A stretch of 64,000 bases of DNA from Marsupella aquatica (GCA_973895155.1 OZ316891.1:12212771-12276770), one strand, 5' to 3'. Numbered from the stretch's first letter, positions 26,801-40,282 are shown. Program-made: numbers and translations. Notes: generated by a model not told the origin, from the sequence alone.

Positions 26801-29781
26801 CCGTTTTCTCAAACAAGTAGCGTTTCATTTGCTTCGGTTAGCTGTCTTTCGAAATGTGTCCATTCGAAGACGAGCTGTGGTTGGTCTTCAAATTCTCGTG
26901 CGGGTAAGAGTCCTCACTCTGTCTCAGCACAATGGGGCCACCCTGAAGATTTAATAGGGTCGTGAAGTACTTCATTTTGCAATACTGGCCAGTGAGTTGT
27001 TTTCTCACCCTCAGACCTTTGATTGGTTATCGTTGATTTTGTGTGCAGAACTCCTTCTTTCATTTCCAGAGTACGGCAAGGCTCCGAGTCATGCTCACGA
27101 TCACACTATCCGAGCTTATGTCTGATGTTCAAGTCACCCATCCAAGTCCAGATGGTAGTCTGGAGGAGAGTGGCGAAGCTAGGCGAATCAGAAAATCATT
27201 ACAAGAGATGGCTACAGAAGCAATTAGTGCAGACCTTCTACAAGAATGTTCGCTACCAGAGAATGCTTTGGTGGCTGTGCCGGATGGTGAAAGCGACGAT
27301 CGGTGGCGGTGGTCAGAATTGCAGGATTTATCTTCTACTTTGCTTCGTGCTTTGGATGCTGCTATTGAGCATGCTTTGCTGGTACTTCTCGTCCCAAGTT
27401 TGATTGTGAACATTTAGTTATTTTCTCATTATATCTTGACTAGCAGCATTTCCTGGTTTCATTGGGGGAATATTGTTTAAGGTGGACTTCTTTCTCCCTA
27501 AACTGAACTACGGTAACAATGGCGTGATGGTGGCATTGTTTTTGTGGAAACTATTTAGTAATTCCTTTTCGACTCAAGGTCACTGATTAAGGACTCGAAA
27601 CCGTCTCTTTTTCAAATCTGGAAACTGGGAAATCTCTAGGTTTTTTCTTTTCCGACTTATTCGAATTTGATTTCTTTTCATGCAGAGTCCAACACTGGGG
27701 GTCGATAAGTACGCAACTGCAGAAAGTTACCATGGTCTAGCTTGGGCATACTCACATGTGCCAGATCTCCATATTATGTGGCTTCTTCATCTTTGTGATG
27801 CACATCAAGAGATGCACTCATGGGCAGAGGCTTCACAATGTGCTGTTGCCGTAGCAGGTGTTATTATGGAGGTATCTATCTTGATGCCTAAATCGTGTCC
27901 ACCAAATGCACTGAGCAAATCACAAATAGGTTGGGAATGTCTCGTTATTATGAAAGCTATGAATATGAACCGAATATTGTGTTCGTCTCAAGTGAATTAC
28001 GAGGGATAGGCTAGGTACTGTATATAGACAGATGGTTTTTACTTATTGCCAAGTTTACTGCTTGGATCAGATGGATGTTTGTGGCGATCTTTTGGTGTGA
28101 CTGAATATTCTTCTGTGATCTTAGCCTCTTCAATGACAATAAAGTTCTTACTCGACAGGCTCTAGTTGGGAGACAAGATGCAGTCTGGAGTAAAGAGCAT
28201 GTGTCAGCTCTACATAGGATTTGTCCTATGCTCAGTAGATCCATGATTGGGGAGGCAGCAGCAGCTGAAGTTGAAGGGTATGGAGCTTCAAAGCTCACCG
28301 TTGACTCCGCTGTGAAGTATCTCCAGCTGGCAAATACGCTTTTCGCGAGGGCCGAGCTCTTCCATTTTTGTGCAGGCATCTTGGAGCTCATCATCCCAGT
28401 TCACAAAAGTAGAGGTGCATATGGGCAGCTTGCAAAGTGTCATACGTCTTTGACCAGCATTTATGGATCAATTCTTGAACAGGAGTCGAGACCCATTCCA
28501 TTCACAGATGCGACATACTATCGTGTTGGTTTCTATGGAGATCGTTTTGGGAGTCTCAACCGCAAAGAGTACGTCTATAGAGAAGCCAGAGATGTACGCC
28601 TTGGAGACATCATGGAAAAACTTGGCCAGGTTTACGAATCCAAGGTAGGTGGGGATCACACCTTACATATAATACCTGACTCCCGACAAGTGAATGCAGA
28701 TGAGCTTCAACCTAGAGTTTGCTACCTGCAAATCACCTCAGTTGATCCTGTAAGGGAGGATGAGGATCTTGAGAGCCGGAGAGAGAGACTGTCTGGTCAT
28801 GCTTCCAGAAGTATCAGTGCTAGAGTGTTTGATCGGTTTCTGTATGATACTCCCTTCACAAAAAATGGTAAGACTCAAGGTGGCCTTGAAGATCAATGGA
28901 AACGAAGAACGATTCTGCAAACTGAAGGCCCCTTTCCGGCTTTAGTCAACCGTCTCCTCGTTGTAAAGTCAGAGTCAAGGGAGTTCTCTCCAATTGAAAA
29001 CGCGATCGGAATGATTGAAACGAGGACAGCAGCACTACTAAGTGAACTGGATGAACCTCGAAGTCCAGAAGGAGACCAGCTGCCTCGACTTCAAAGCCTT
29101 CAACGAATTCTACAAGGGAGCGTGGCTGTGCAGGTATATCTCCTCGGTTTCTTTTAATGTGATATCTGTTAGAGAGGGGGCCGCAATAAATGTTTCTCTC
29201 TAGCTTCTGTGTATTTTGAGGACATGAAAGACTCGGGTTCATGGTATCAATATCTCCGCTGGTGGTGTTAGGAAATCTTTTACGTCTGTTTTGGGTGAAT
29301 ATTTCTGGTCAAATGTGCAAGGTTGATAGGTGATAGAGTGGGCTGGCTTTGAGGGTCCTTGTTTTTATTCGAGGTATATATCTATGGTCGTGGAAGGCTG
29401 TATGGAAGATACAAACTGTGCATTCCAGGGATTTTACTTTTCTTTCCTGCACCGCCTGCGCTGCTGCCAGCCGCGAGTGTCTGCTGTCAAATCAGACTTG
29501 ACGTTGTCGGCAATCGTTCCGTGCAGGTCAACAGTGGGGTCCTTGGGGTCTGCACAGCATTTTTGTCGGGTGAGCCAGCAACACGATTACGTTCTCAAGA
29601 GCTGCAGCAACTCATTGCAGCTCTGCTGGAGTTCATGGCTGTGTGCAAACGTGCAATTCGTGTACATTCACGGTTAATTGGGGAGGAGGATCAAGATTTT
29701 CATTCTCAGCTGGTCAATGGTTTTCAATCCCTTACTGCTGAGCTTTCACATTATATCCCCGCCATCCTCTCAGAACTATGA
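14871..29781 (+). CDS. SPK1: SPIKE1, DOCK-family guanine nucleotide exchange factor for ROP GTPases (about 30 exons)
   Basis: Start MADQPANGHRFRRL (14871-14951), then LEQWPHLKELV..KYGHYE..EGPDTD (from 15482); DHR1/C2-DOCK (HCLYVYPL..RKRNLFIR; YHDEFKV..HHLVFTFFHVD); DHR2 (PDLHIMWL, TYYRVGFYG, RFLYDTPFTKNGK, LQRILQGSVAVQVNSG); ends HYIPAILSEL-stop at 29781 as in Arabidopsis SPK1. Confidence 0.96.
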
Positions 29782-31298
29782 GGGTTAATAGCAAACAATT
29801 GATTTAGAGAAAAGCCTAGTCGACATGATTATCGTGGATGTCCACGAAGGCTTTTACTGGGCGCTCTGGTGTAAACAGGGCGTCTCTCCTTGGCCACTGT
29901 AGACGAAGCTCTGTTCTAGGCCGATTGAGAAGCTTCATTTTGTAATTATAGGTTGAAGAGGGCTAGATCTGAACTACTCCATCCCTCACTCTCCCCAATG
30001 TATTAGTTTGATAGCACATCAGTTCAGCTCTGGCAGATGATGTCATTGAATTTAATTGATAGAGTTTCTATCACACAGGAGTCTGTTTTTCTTGGCTCCC
30101 TTTTAATTCAGGTCACCTATGATAAAGAGTACAAGTTTTTCTTCTGGGGATTGGAAGCGGAGTTGGTTCCTTGTCCATTTCTCATAATGTCAGCAAGGAA
30201 GGCCAGTACACTAAAGAATCAGGTGTGATGTTCCACCACGGTGCATAAGAAATTTGTGAATGGAAGCAATATTCCCAGTGAACAAGAGTGCTATGAATTA
30301 TTACTCCCACCACAATTATGATTGCCACATGTGCCCATATTTTGCTAATTGAAACTTGTGGCTGCCAAGGATTGATCAAATTTTAGAAATTTTATTCAAA
30401 TGTAAGAGTTTGTTATGTCGTAGTTTTACTTCAAGTTGTCTGGTTACATAAGACAGTACCTTCCAAAATTTCCCCATTAATCTCTGCAGCCACACAATCA
30501 TCTACACTCTTTGCAGGATGTAGTCATACCCAGACTAGCAACCTGAGTAATTAGGTGTGCTCTTTACAATATTGCTGGAATTTATTGTGGAAATGACTCT
30601 AAATAGAGTGACACTAATAGTGTCTGATACAACCACCACCACCCGTCAAAAACTCACACTCCTAGTAAACCCTAAACCCTAAACTAATTCAATGAAAGTC
30701 TATTGGGCTCACTGGAAAACTTTCCAACACTCACTGGTTGCAAGAATCCAAATGTTAACTGAAAAATGATCAAATTTTAGGGATTGATGCACTAAGAAAC
30801 ACACTGACAGGTGCAAGGATGGGATTCACTTCACATTCTATGGAAAGTTGCATGTAGAACTCTTCTGCAAAATGAAAGCAAGGGTTCATAGTGAATTTCT
30901 GACAGCCAGAAAAATCCCCAATCCCCACCAGCTCTACCCTAAAATATGAGTGGTGTCACTGTAGGTCTACTGCCATACACTTTGCTGAAAGCACTACAGC
31001 TTCTTAGCACTCCACACACAGAGTTAGAGAGTGATTCTTGGAGGCTCAGGAAGGATCTTGGCATCCCATCAGTTTTGATTTCAGTTCTTTTCAGTACATT
31101 CAGTTGATATTACACTTTTAAATTGTACACAGGCTGGCACATTCACTATACACAGATCATTCATTGTGCACATGTACTTTTCTGGTGTACCACACATCAC
31201 ACTTATTTCCGCTTGCCTGTTTTTTGGGGTGATAATTATCAACACTCCATTTGCTGGCCAGTACCCCGGGTCACTAACGTTGTTTCTCTAATAGCTAA

Positions 31299-31553
31299 GG
31301 GTGTCTCAAAAGTTAAGAGATGCGGGCCTTCAGTCGGGCCATGACTTGACTTTGCGGTGCAGGATGCAGACTAAAATGTGCGGTATACCGAGTTGGCGAC
31401 CAGACCTTTTTGCCAGGGATTTTTTGCACACGACCGGCCAACTTGCTACGAGTCCTCTCAAAGTTCACTCCCCCCCCGGCTGTAGTTTCGGCCACAATTT
31501 TTTGTGGTCAGTAGCCCGGATCACAAACCAGAAGTATAAAGATTGAGACACCC
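31299..31553. mobile_element. Tourist/Harbinger-like MITE (255 bp)
   Basis: 11-bp TIR GGGTGTCTCAA (31299-31309) / TTGAGACACCC (31543-31553); flanks TAA and AAA (one mismatch to a TAA TSD). Confidence 0.55.
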
Positions 31554-33765
31554 AAACGGGTCCCTTTCATAGCTAGAAGTGCATTTCTGGTCCACTCTCA
31601 GGATGCCCCGAAGTGTTGCCAAAGTATGCACCAACTCCAGGGCCTTGAGGGTTTTAGGGTTTAGGTTCAGGAGCTAAATTTGCGATTATGATCTTTTACC
31701 GTACTCGCTTGATGCATCCAAGTTGTGAGTGTGACCGTCAGGCCAGCATCTTTCAATTTATTGCGGTGCCTGCGTCTCCACCAACATTCCCAAAGTGCAG
31801 CACACCTCCATATCCATTCCTTGGATTTGTTTCATTTAGCCCAAAACCTGATTGAAACTGGTAGTTCTTCCCACGGTGTCCTTCCGAGCTGCCCCAATGC
31901 CAAATCTCGTACTTCAAGCCTCCCTAGCTTCCGGGACGACAACAACTATTTCTGTTTCAGGCATTCGGGCTATGTGATGTATTGAATTGCTGTAGTTAGC
32001 TGGATTTGTTTGTTCTTCTGGTTGTCTGATCTCCAATGGATCCGAAAATTTCCTACCTTTGAGTGGACCACAAAGACTGAAAAACTGAGATAATTGGCAA
32101 GATTCCTTGTAGAGATTTCGAGTTCATTCTCCAACATGGGATGTGAGTGTTTTGGAAGGATGTTAATGAGTTAAGTATAATTACAGGAAGCAATTCCGCA
32201 ACTTGTCTTTCCGTCTACTCCCTCGACTGTATTTGTCAAGAGAAACTGCTGTCCGTCGATGCAGTTTCAACTACATAAACGAATTACAATCCTGGCAGCC
32301 AGGCAAGAAACACTTTTCTGAGAAAACGACAACGCTTTGCCTGATCCATTAAATTTGGTAGGTTCAACGGTAGAAGTAGCTACCAGATATGTTTATGTTG
32401 GCCTATCAAATAGATAAGCCAAAGATGTTTAATCGACAAGAATCTGTAGCCAAGGAAAGTCACCGTGTTGAATGGTGAGGAATCAGGATCCAGTCGAAAG
32501 GACTCCTTCACTACAGCGCGGAGTCAAAGTTCAAGCAACTGTCCTGAAGACAAAAATGATTGAAATAAGGAAGGAAAAGGAAGGCAAAAAATTTGCAGAT
32601 CCAGATCATTGTATGAAGACCTTAGGGTGTTAGCGCGAACTGCATATTCAAGATAGTCACCCTTACCCTTAAACAAGTGTTCCAACTCCTTTTTTTTTTT
32701 TAACGTCCGTCTTGTCTTAAACAGTTCACCAACGTAATCCGATGTGCCAACAAGAACCCTTCAAGACATCCAATCCCGACTCAATCGAAAGCTGTTGAGC
32801 TGGCCTTCAGCCATGTTCAGTCAGGGGGATAAGGCCAACCATACATTTATGTTAGAATACTGAAAGGTGTGTCTTTCTTTCCCTAACAATTGACTTCCCT
32901 TTAGTCCTCGATGGATTAAATAATAGATAGACCAATATGATCATTACCACGGTCTGCCGAGCATCTGTAACAATACCATGTTTGAAAGATTCACTTGTCT
33001 TTGCCATCTCTTTACCTGTCAGTCCGGGAACTTATCCAAAAATGTCCGATTAACTGTAGCGTGATATTGTCTACCTACTGGGGAGATTCTACTCTGGATA
33101 CAACAATGCTAAACAATAATTCCGAGCAAAAGTTATTTTGCACGGTCCCCTTCCACAATACTCGCATCATCAGATAATCCATTCACACCTCCAAAAAAAA
33201 CAGAGTCATGCAGTCCTGTCGTACAATTCTGGGAGTTCGGGATCCCTTTGGATATATTATCAGTTGGATAACAGATCAGCCCGGGCTAGCCTTCAGAACC
33301 TCATGGAGTTAGAATGACATCCCCATTCACTGGTACCGTCTCTAGGCATGTTGAGATCATTTTGTTGCATAGTTTCTTACTAGGCAACAGCGTATCAACT
33401 AAGCTTAAACAAATGTCCTCTGATCGATTTGGCACGTCAGCAGACCCTGGATAAAATTCTTTCATGATTCCTTCATAAACTTACCTGCCTATTTCAAGTG
33501 GGTGATTTTAATTTCGGTCACCTCAGCATGCCCACACATGATTCAGAGGTATTTCCTGCACTCCCCCAAATCACATCTGTTGCAATAATTTGCTTCTTAG
33601 CAAGCTTGCTCAGCTATTAAACCATAAATCACGCAATAGCTACTTTGCAAGCAAAGAAGGCATCCCGTTCAAGACCTTTCACCCATGTGATGCGCTGAAC
33701 CTCCCAACTCTTCAATACGGACAAGGGCACTTACCAACACAAATATCAGCTGATAGTAGAGCTGT

Positions 33766-36700
33766 TTAACTGATTTGTTCATGAACAGGGGTGCCATCTG
33801 AAAGCGCTTCCAAATCCACACCGTCATTCAAAACCCCTACAAGGATATTTGAATCAGGCTTTATCCCTTCTTGTTGCATGTGTTGCAAAAGAGCCAGTGC
33901 CTTGTGCTGCTGTCCACATTTCAAGTATCCCGAAATCATGGCATCCCAAGCAACTACATCAGGCTGGGATATGGTTTTAAACACTTCCCGGGCATCGTCC
34001 AGGCTCCCACATTTTACATACATGTTGACAAGACTGCTGGCCACAAAGGGATTCGATTCACACCCACTTTGAATAATCAGTTCGTGGACACGTTTTCCGT
34101 CACGAAGACCTTCTACATTGGCACATGCTTTTAGCATGCCTACAAAAGTGGCAGGACTTGGGTCCAGCCCTTCTTGAAGCATTTGTTGACACAATTCCAG
34201 TGCCCTTTCCCCTTGCCCACACTTCAAGTATCCAAGAATTATTGCGTTCCATGTAACCTGATTGCGTGTGGGCATCTTGCTGAAGACTCTCCACGCATCC
34301 TCTATGCATCCACATTTGCAATACATGTCAAGGAGACCGCTACCTACAAAAACATCTGACTCAAGACCTTGACGAATGATTTGTGCATGGATATCCCTAC
34401 CAGTATCCTGCGCTTGTAAACTACTACATGCCTTCAGCACAGCCACATAAGTGAACTCATTTGGCTCCACCATTTCCTTCTGCATTTGCCAAAATAGTCC
34501 CAACGCCCTCCTCCCTTGCCCAAATTTAACGTATCCTAAAATCAAAGAACTCCAAGAAATAACGTCACGTGTGCTCAAGCTTTCGAACACATTCCAAGCA
34601 TCCACCATACTCCCACATTTGGCATACATGTCCACCAGGCTATTACCCACAATGCTCTCAGACTCGCAACCTGACTCAATTATCAGCTCGTGAATTCGTC
34701 TACCTTCCTCCAGGGCCATAACACTGGCACAGGCATTCAGCAACCCCACAAAGATGAAAGAATCTGGCTTGATCCCTTCAGCTTGCATTTGTTTCCACAA
34801 TTCTAATGCTCTTTGACCTAAACCACATTTCACGTATCCCATGATCATGGCACCACAAGCAACCACATCACGTCGCCCCATCTCATTGAATACTTTCCAA
34901 GCATCATTTATGCTCCCACATTTTGAGTACATGTCAATGAGGCTACTACAAATGAAGACATCAGGCTCGGTGTCACTTTGGATGATCGATTCATGAATAC
35001 GCCTGCCTTCCTCGAGGGCTGCGACGCTAGCACACGCATTCAACCATGCCACATATGTGAACTTATTTGGTTCCACTCCTTCCTGCTGCATCCTTCGAAT
35101 TAATTGCAATGCAAAATCTCCTTGACCACATTTTGCATACCCCAAAATAATGGACCCCCAGGCAGCAACAGCACGTTTAGGCATGCTGCTGAACACTCCC
35201 CAAGCCTCCTCCACACTACCGCATTTGACATACATATCAACCAGGGCACTTCCCACAGAGGAGTCAATCTTACAACCACTTTGAATAATCAGGTCATGGA
35301 CACGTCTGCCCTCATCAAGTGCTGCCAAACTCGCACATGCAATTAATGCCGCCACAAAAGTGCTCGAATCTGGCTGAGCCCCTCCCTGTTGCATTTTGGA
35401 AAACACTTCCAAACCCTTCTTCCCTTGCCCATGCTTTGTATATGCTAAGATTATTGCACTCCAAGAAATCGCATTCTGCGTGGGCATGTCATCAAAGACT
35501 CTCCGTGAATCTTCGATGCTCCCACATTTTGCATACATGTCAATCAAGCTATTTCCTATGAAGACTTCAGCCTCATAACCATATCGAATTATTTCTTCAT
35601 GGATGCGTCGTCCTTCTTCGATAGCTCCTATCCCAGCACAAGCATTCACCAATGCCACAAATGTAACTTGGGTTGGTTTCACCCTGTCGGATTGCATCTG
35701 TTGGTATAATTCTAATGCAGTCTCCGGTACACGACATCTAACATATCCCATAATCATGGCATTCCAAGTGACCACAGTTCGTGATGGCATCCTGTCAAAC
35801 AATGTTCTTGCTTCCTCTATGCTCCCACATTTGGCATACATGTCAATGAGGGTACTACCCACAAATACATCAAACTCCAATCCATTTTGAACGATATCTG
35901 TATGAATGAGTTTTCCCTCGTCAAGTGCTAGTACACTGGTACATGCATTAACCGCAGCCAGGAAGACAACAGGATTCGGCTGGACACCTTCCTGTTTCAT
36001 TCGCTGATACAACTCCAATCCCTTCCGGCCCTGCCCACATTTCACATACCCCAGAATCATGGTACCCCAGGTGACTGCATCACGGATAGGCATCTTGTTG
36101 AAGGCAATCCAAGCATCATCTATACTCCCACATTTAGCATACATGTCAAGCAGACTATTACCAATGTACAGGTTGGATTCACAGCCACTATTGATAATTC
36201 TTTCATGCACACGCCTTCCTTCTCCAAGTGCCCCTACATTTGCACAAGCATTCAGCACTGCCACAAAGATGCCGCTATCTGGTTCCATTCCTTCTCGTTG
36301 CATTTGCAGATACAGGTCTAACGCTTTTTGCCCTTGTCCACATTTCACATATCCCTGAATCATAGCATTCCAAGTAACCACATTGCGTGTCGGTAGCTTG
36401 TTGAATACTTCCAAAGCGTCCTCTATACTCCCGCATTTGAAATACATGTCAATCAGACTATTACACACGTAAATATCAGATTCACAGCCACTGTGAATGA
36501 TCTCCTCATGGATGCGCTTGCCTTCGTCCAGGGCTGAAGAACTAGCGCATGCACTGAGTATTGCAACATAGGTGAAAGGATTTGGCTCCACTCCTTCCTG
36601 TTGCATCTGCTTTGACAGTTCTAATGCCTTTTGCCCTTGCTTGCACCTCACATACCCCGAGATGAGAGCAGACCACACAACAACGTCCCGTTTGGGCATC

Positions 36701-38394
36701 TTGTCGAAAACATTCCAAGCATCCTCTACACTCCCGCATTTGGCATACAGACGAACAAGGGCACTTCCAATGAATAAATCAGACTCAAGGCCCGATAGTA
36801 CAACCTGTAAGTGAACTCGTTTACCGTCTTCGAGAGCCCTTAAGCCAACACAAGCATTAATGACAGGAACGAAAGTGAACCTGTCTGGCTTCAAATTATG
36901 TATTTGCATCTCTTCAAAGAGCTCCAATGCCTTCTGAAACTGCTTTGCTTTAATACATCTGGTTAGCCTTTTGTTCCACGAAAATACGCTCAACGGTACA
37001 GTCCCTGGTACCAATGCCGCCAACTCAGCTTCCACCCATGCAGGGTTTGAATTGCCATCAACCCACAGTGCTTCTTTGGTCTTCTTATGTAAAAAATCCG
37101 GAAAGGTCGACGTTCCCTGCAAGCAGACATTAAACGTTCCTTATTCAATTTTATTTAAAGATTCTGCTGACAGATGGCACAGCATCAAGAAAAGAGCCCG
37201 ATGAAATCATGTAACGAAGTTTGCTCCAGTATTCAATGATAGCATTTACCTTCTCTGACCTGTTATCCCACCATTGTGAAGGATCTGAGAAGAACTCCCG
37301 CCAAAGGATCTCCACTGGCCTTTTCTGACCTGCTACGGTGAACATCGCACAAATCAAAATGTTCTGGATGATCTCAGGTAACGCTGGTAAAGAGACATAT
37401 GACCCCTACGCGGTGAGCCTAAACCCTAAACCCTAGATCCTATAACCTGCCCATGTGTGGCTTAAACACCTCCAGACACTTGCTACTGTTGACTGTTCTC
37501 CTTCCAACAATGTTGCCAATTCCTACATTGAGCCCCTGAATTTTTTTCAGCCATTGGTTGCCATTCCTTCTCTCCGATAGGCATTACTTTCTTCCTGTCT
37601 ACAACAAATTCAGAAGATTGAAGAGCGAGCTACTAGAAAGATCCATTTATTGTCAATGATCTTGTTATGGTTGCCGGTCTAGACTTCCCCCAAAGCTCAA
37701 TCTACTTAGTGTTTGATGTTCTACCACTTTCAATCCTGGGACAATCTTTTCCACTTGAGGTTTAAGTTTACCAGTACATCAGAGTTGCGACCGCAGGTCG
37801 TGAAATTGACACTTCAACTTCAATTTTGGTAACTTTGACGGGGGAATTGCTAAAACAGGAAAATAACTCACCTTTAACCCAAGTACTTGAGCTTTTTTGC
37901 GGAGGTTGTTCATCCAATGTGGCTAAGGCTTGGCGACAGCAAACAGTCCCTGGCAAATGAGAAGCGTCACGTACGGTAACACCCCTAAACACCTTTCAGA
38001 CACAGTACTCTAAGGAATTTTCAACCACTACACAAAACCCTTATTAAACCCTGCTTACCAGACAGCCGACCAGCTGTACTTTGTGGAGTATATCTTTCGC
38101 AAGGGACTAAGCCTCTGTGGCACCTACCCGGTCCTGTCACAAACAGTTCATGGTCCATTATTTGCCCATTCGTCTGCCTAAGAGGTATCCCCAGACGCCG
38201 TGAAGAACATCTCACATGAGAAGCAAGCTTAGTCAATTTTACGGGTCAATTAAAAATTTCCCGCTGCAAAAGATTTAGGGCCGTGTCCCAAAGGAAGAAC
38301 AAACTCTCGAAGTTCAAGTTTGCAGAGATAAAAAGTGGGGAAAAGGTTTCGAACTAACTGAGAGAAAAGTCCAGGCGGCTGGGTACGCCGCCAT
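33766..38394 (-). CDS. PLS-class pentatricopeptide repeat protein with N-terminal OSB-type PDF motif, no E/DYW domain
   Basis: Main exon 37116-33766 has 10 complete P-L-S triplets plus one P and a degenerate L. Exon 37329-37250 joins in frame. Upstream exons 37949-37872, about 38227-38059 and 38394-38359 are phase-compatible and give a transit-peptide-like N-terminus (MAAYPAAWTFLSLASHVRCSSRRLG); the first exons are less certain. Confidence 0.88.
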
Positions 38395-39372
38395 GTATGA
38401 GTCCCAGCACCGCCATGGCCGCAGCAGACGCGAAAGAACTGGAAGGAGGTTCACTTCCTCTGCATTAGACTATATTCGTATTCATTTCTTGCCAGCAGCC
38501 AATCTATGCTGCACCGAAAAGGGCTGCTGCTCCGAAGGAATTGCGACTCATGCCACCGAAGAGTGCTACGCCGAGAAGGAATCGCGGAATCACCATAGCC
38601 AGGAGTTAGCTTGAAAGCTCCATTGAAATTCCCGAAAGAATTGTACACCAGCTTCTATCTCCCACCATTTTGCTGTCACAGTAAATTATTTGCTTCATCT
38701 TCAGTGCTCTTGAGAACAAAAGGTAAATCAAATTCAGGCTGTAGATGTCTCTTCAGTTGAGGACCTGGTGCATTTCTCTCTATATCCCTCCACTCCTTTC
38801 AAAATTCCAGAATCAGTGTCTCTCAATCGAAGGAATCGAGTGAACAGCTAAAACTGGAAAGACTGCACTTCATAATTCAAAGCTGCAATCGCCAAATATG
38901 AAGGCTAGGTGGGACAGATGGCTCCCAACAGAGCACGCACTCGTCTCGTCTCCTCCCTCCACGCCATTAGTGAGCTGACCCTGTGCAACGAGAATACTGG
39001 AACTAACTACTGCACTGTACTATATAGAAGCTAAAACCAGGTCTGCTAAATGTAGCTTCGTGACGAGTCGATCAATTGATTTCACTTAAATCAATTGAAG
39101 AGGGCGGGATATGAACTCGTTCTACGAACAAAATCTAATGTCCATAACGACCCACCTGAACCAGCCATGGGGAGTATACGGACATGGATGCCTGCCTCCC
39201 AGTCACTCTATCGGACACATCCCACATCTGCGAACAGTCCCTCCTGTCTTCAGGGGCAGCCCACACATCCCTTTGAGGAGAATCAGACCTTTTTGGTTCT
39301 CTCATCTCATCAGGAGACCTTGGTTCAGCGTGGCCCACTCAAAATCGAGGGTCGGGTGCAATGCTCACTTCA

Positions 39373-40282
39373 AAAGGAAGACAACAGAAAGGATACTCTG
39401 GAAACTTGATTCTCTTCGTGGTTTTTCTCAGGTTGTAATTTCCAGGATAGCACTCTCATTTTTCCGACATTGCTATATTGCTATATGGCGAACACCTTCT
39501 ACCTTATTTTGTCTCATTAGAAATATGAGTTCTGAATTTTCTTTTAAATCTGGCCTAGTGTATCATTTCACTTTGTATTGGTTCGAATTTAACAAATTAT
39601 CTAACCCCTTTAATTATTTCAAGTTTATGATTTCATTTGATTTGATATGTTTTATTCTGATAGCTTATCATGTATTTGATGAGATTTTTTTTCTGCCATT
39701 CATCCTCTATTGCACGAGATGGTCAGACTCACCAGGATGCACCCAGTACGAAAACCAGAGATGCCCTGTAGGTTATATGTCCATTGGTGAAAAACTTTAC
39801 AACCCTTATGGTTTAGAGGCTAACAGGTGTCACCTAAATAGTGAATCTTTCAATAGGGCCTTCAATAGGGCCTAAAAATAGAGTACAAAGCTAGAGTATA
39901 AAGCTAACATACTTTTCTGTCAACCACAAAATACTATACCTCTAAGGTACATTGACTTATAAGTTATGTATTTGTTTTTCATCTAAAAAGTACAGTAATT
40001 TCTTCACTTTAAACGTGTGCATTTTTATTCTATTTATTTATTTGATTCCCTATTTTAATGCATTTGAATACTATGCTATAATTGCTATTTGATATTTACA
40101 TAGGATACAATTGACATTATTGTCAACAAGTTAAAATAGCTGTGTCTTAGAACGAACATGCTATATCCAGGATAGCAATAGAATGTTTTTGTTTTTATTT
40201 TCAAAGGAAGACAACAGAAAGGATACTCTGGAAACTTGATTCTCTTTGTGATTTTTCTCAGGTTGTAATTTCCAGGATAGCA
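39373..40282 (+). repeat. Dispersed direct repeat of about 80 bp (39373-39452 and 40203-40282)
   Basis: AAAGGAAGACAACAGAAAGGATACTCTGGAAACTTGATTCTC...TCCAGGATAGCA, 2 mismatches between copies. Confidence 0.85.

Noticed and set aside
33791-36814. Repetitive plus-strand ORFs (PHLAYMS...)
   Set aside because: Antisense shadows of the PPR repeats.
39111-39875. 254-aa plus-strand ORF
   Set aside because: Crosses a compositional boundary and a repeat; Phe/Ile-rich AT-driven translation with no recognisable domain.
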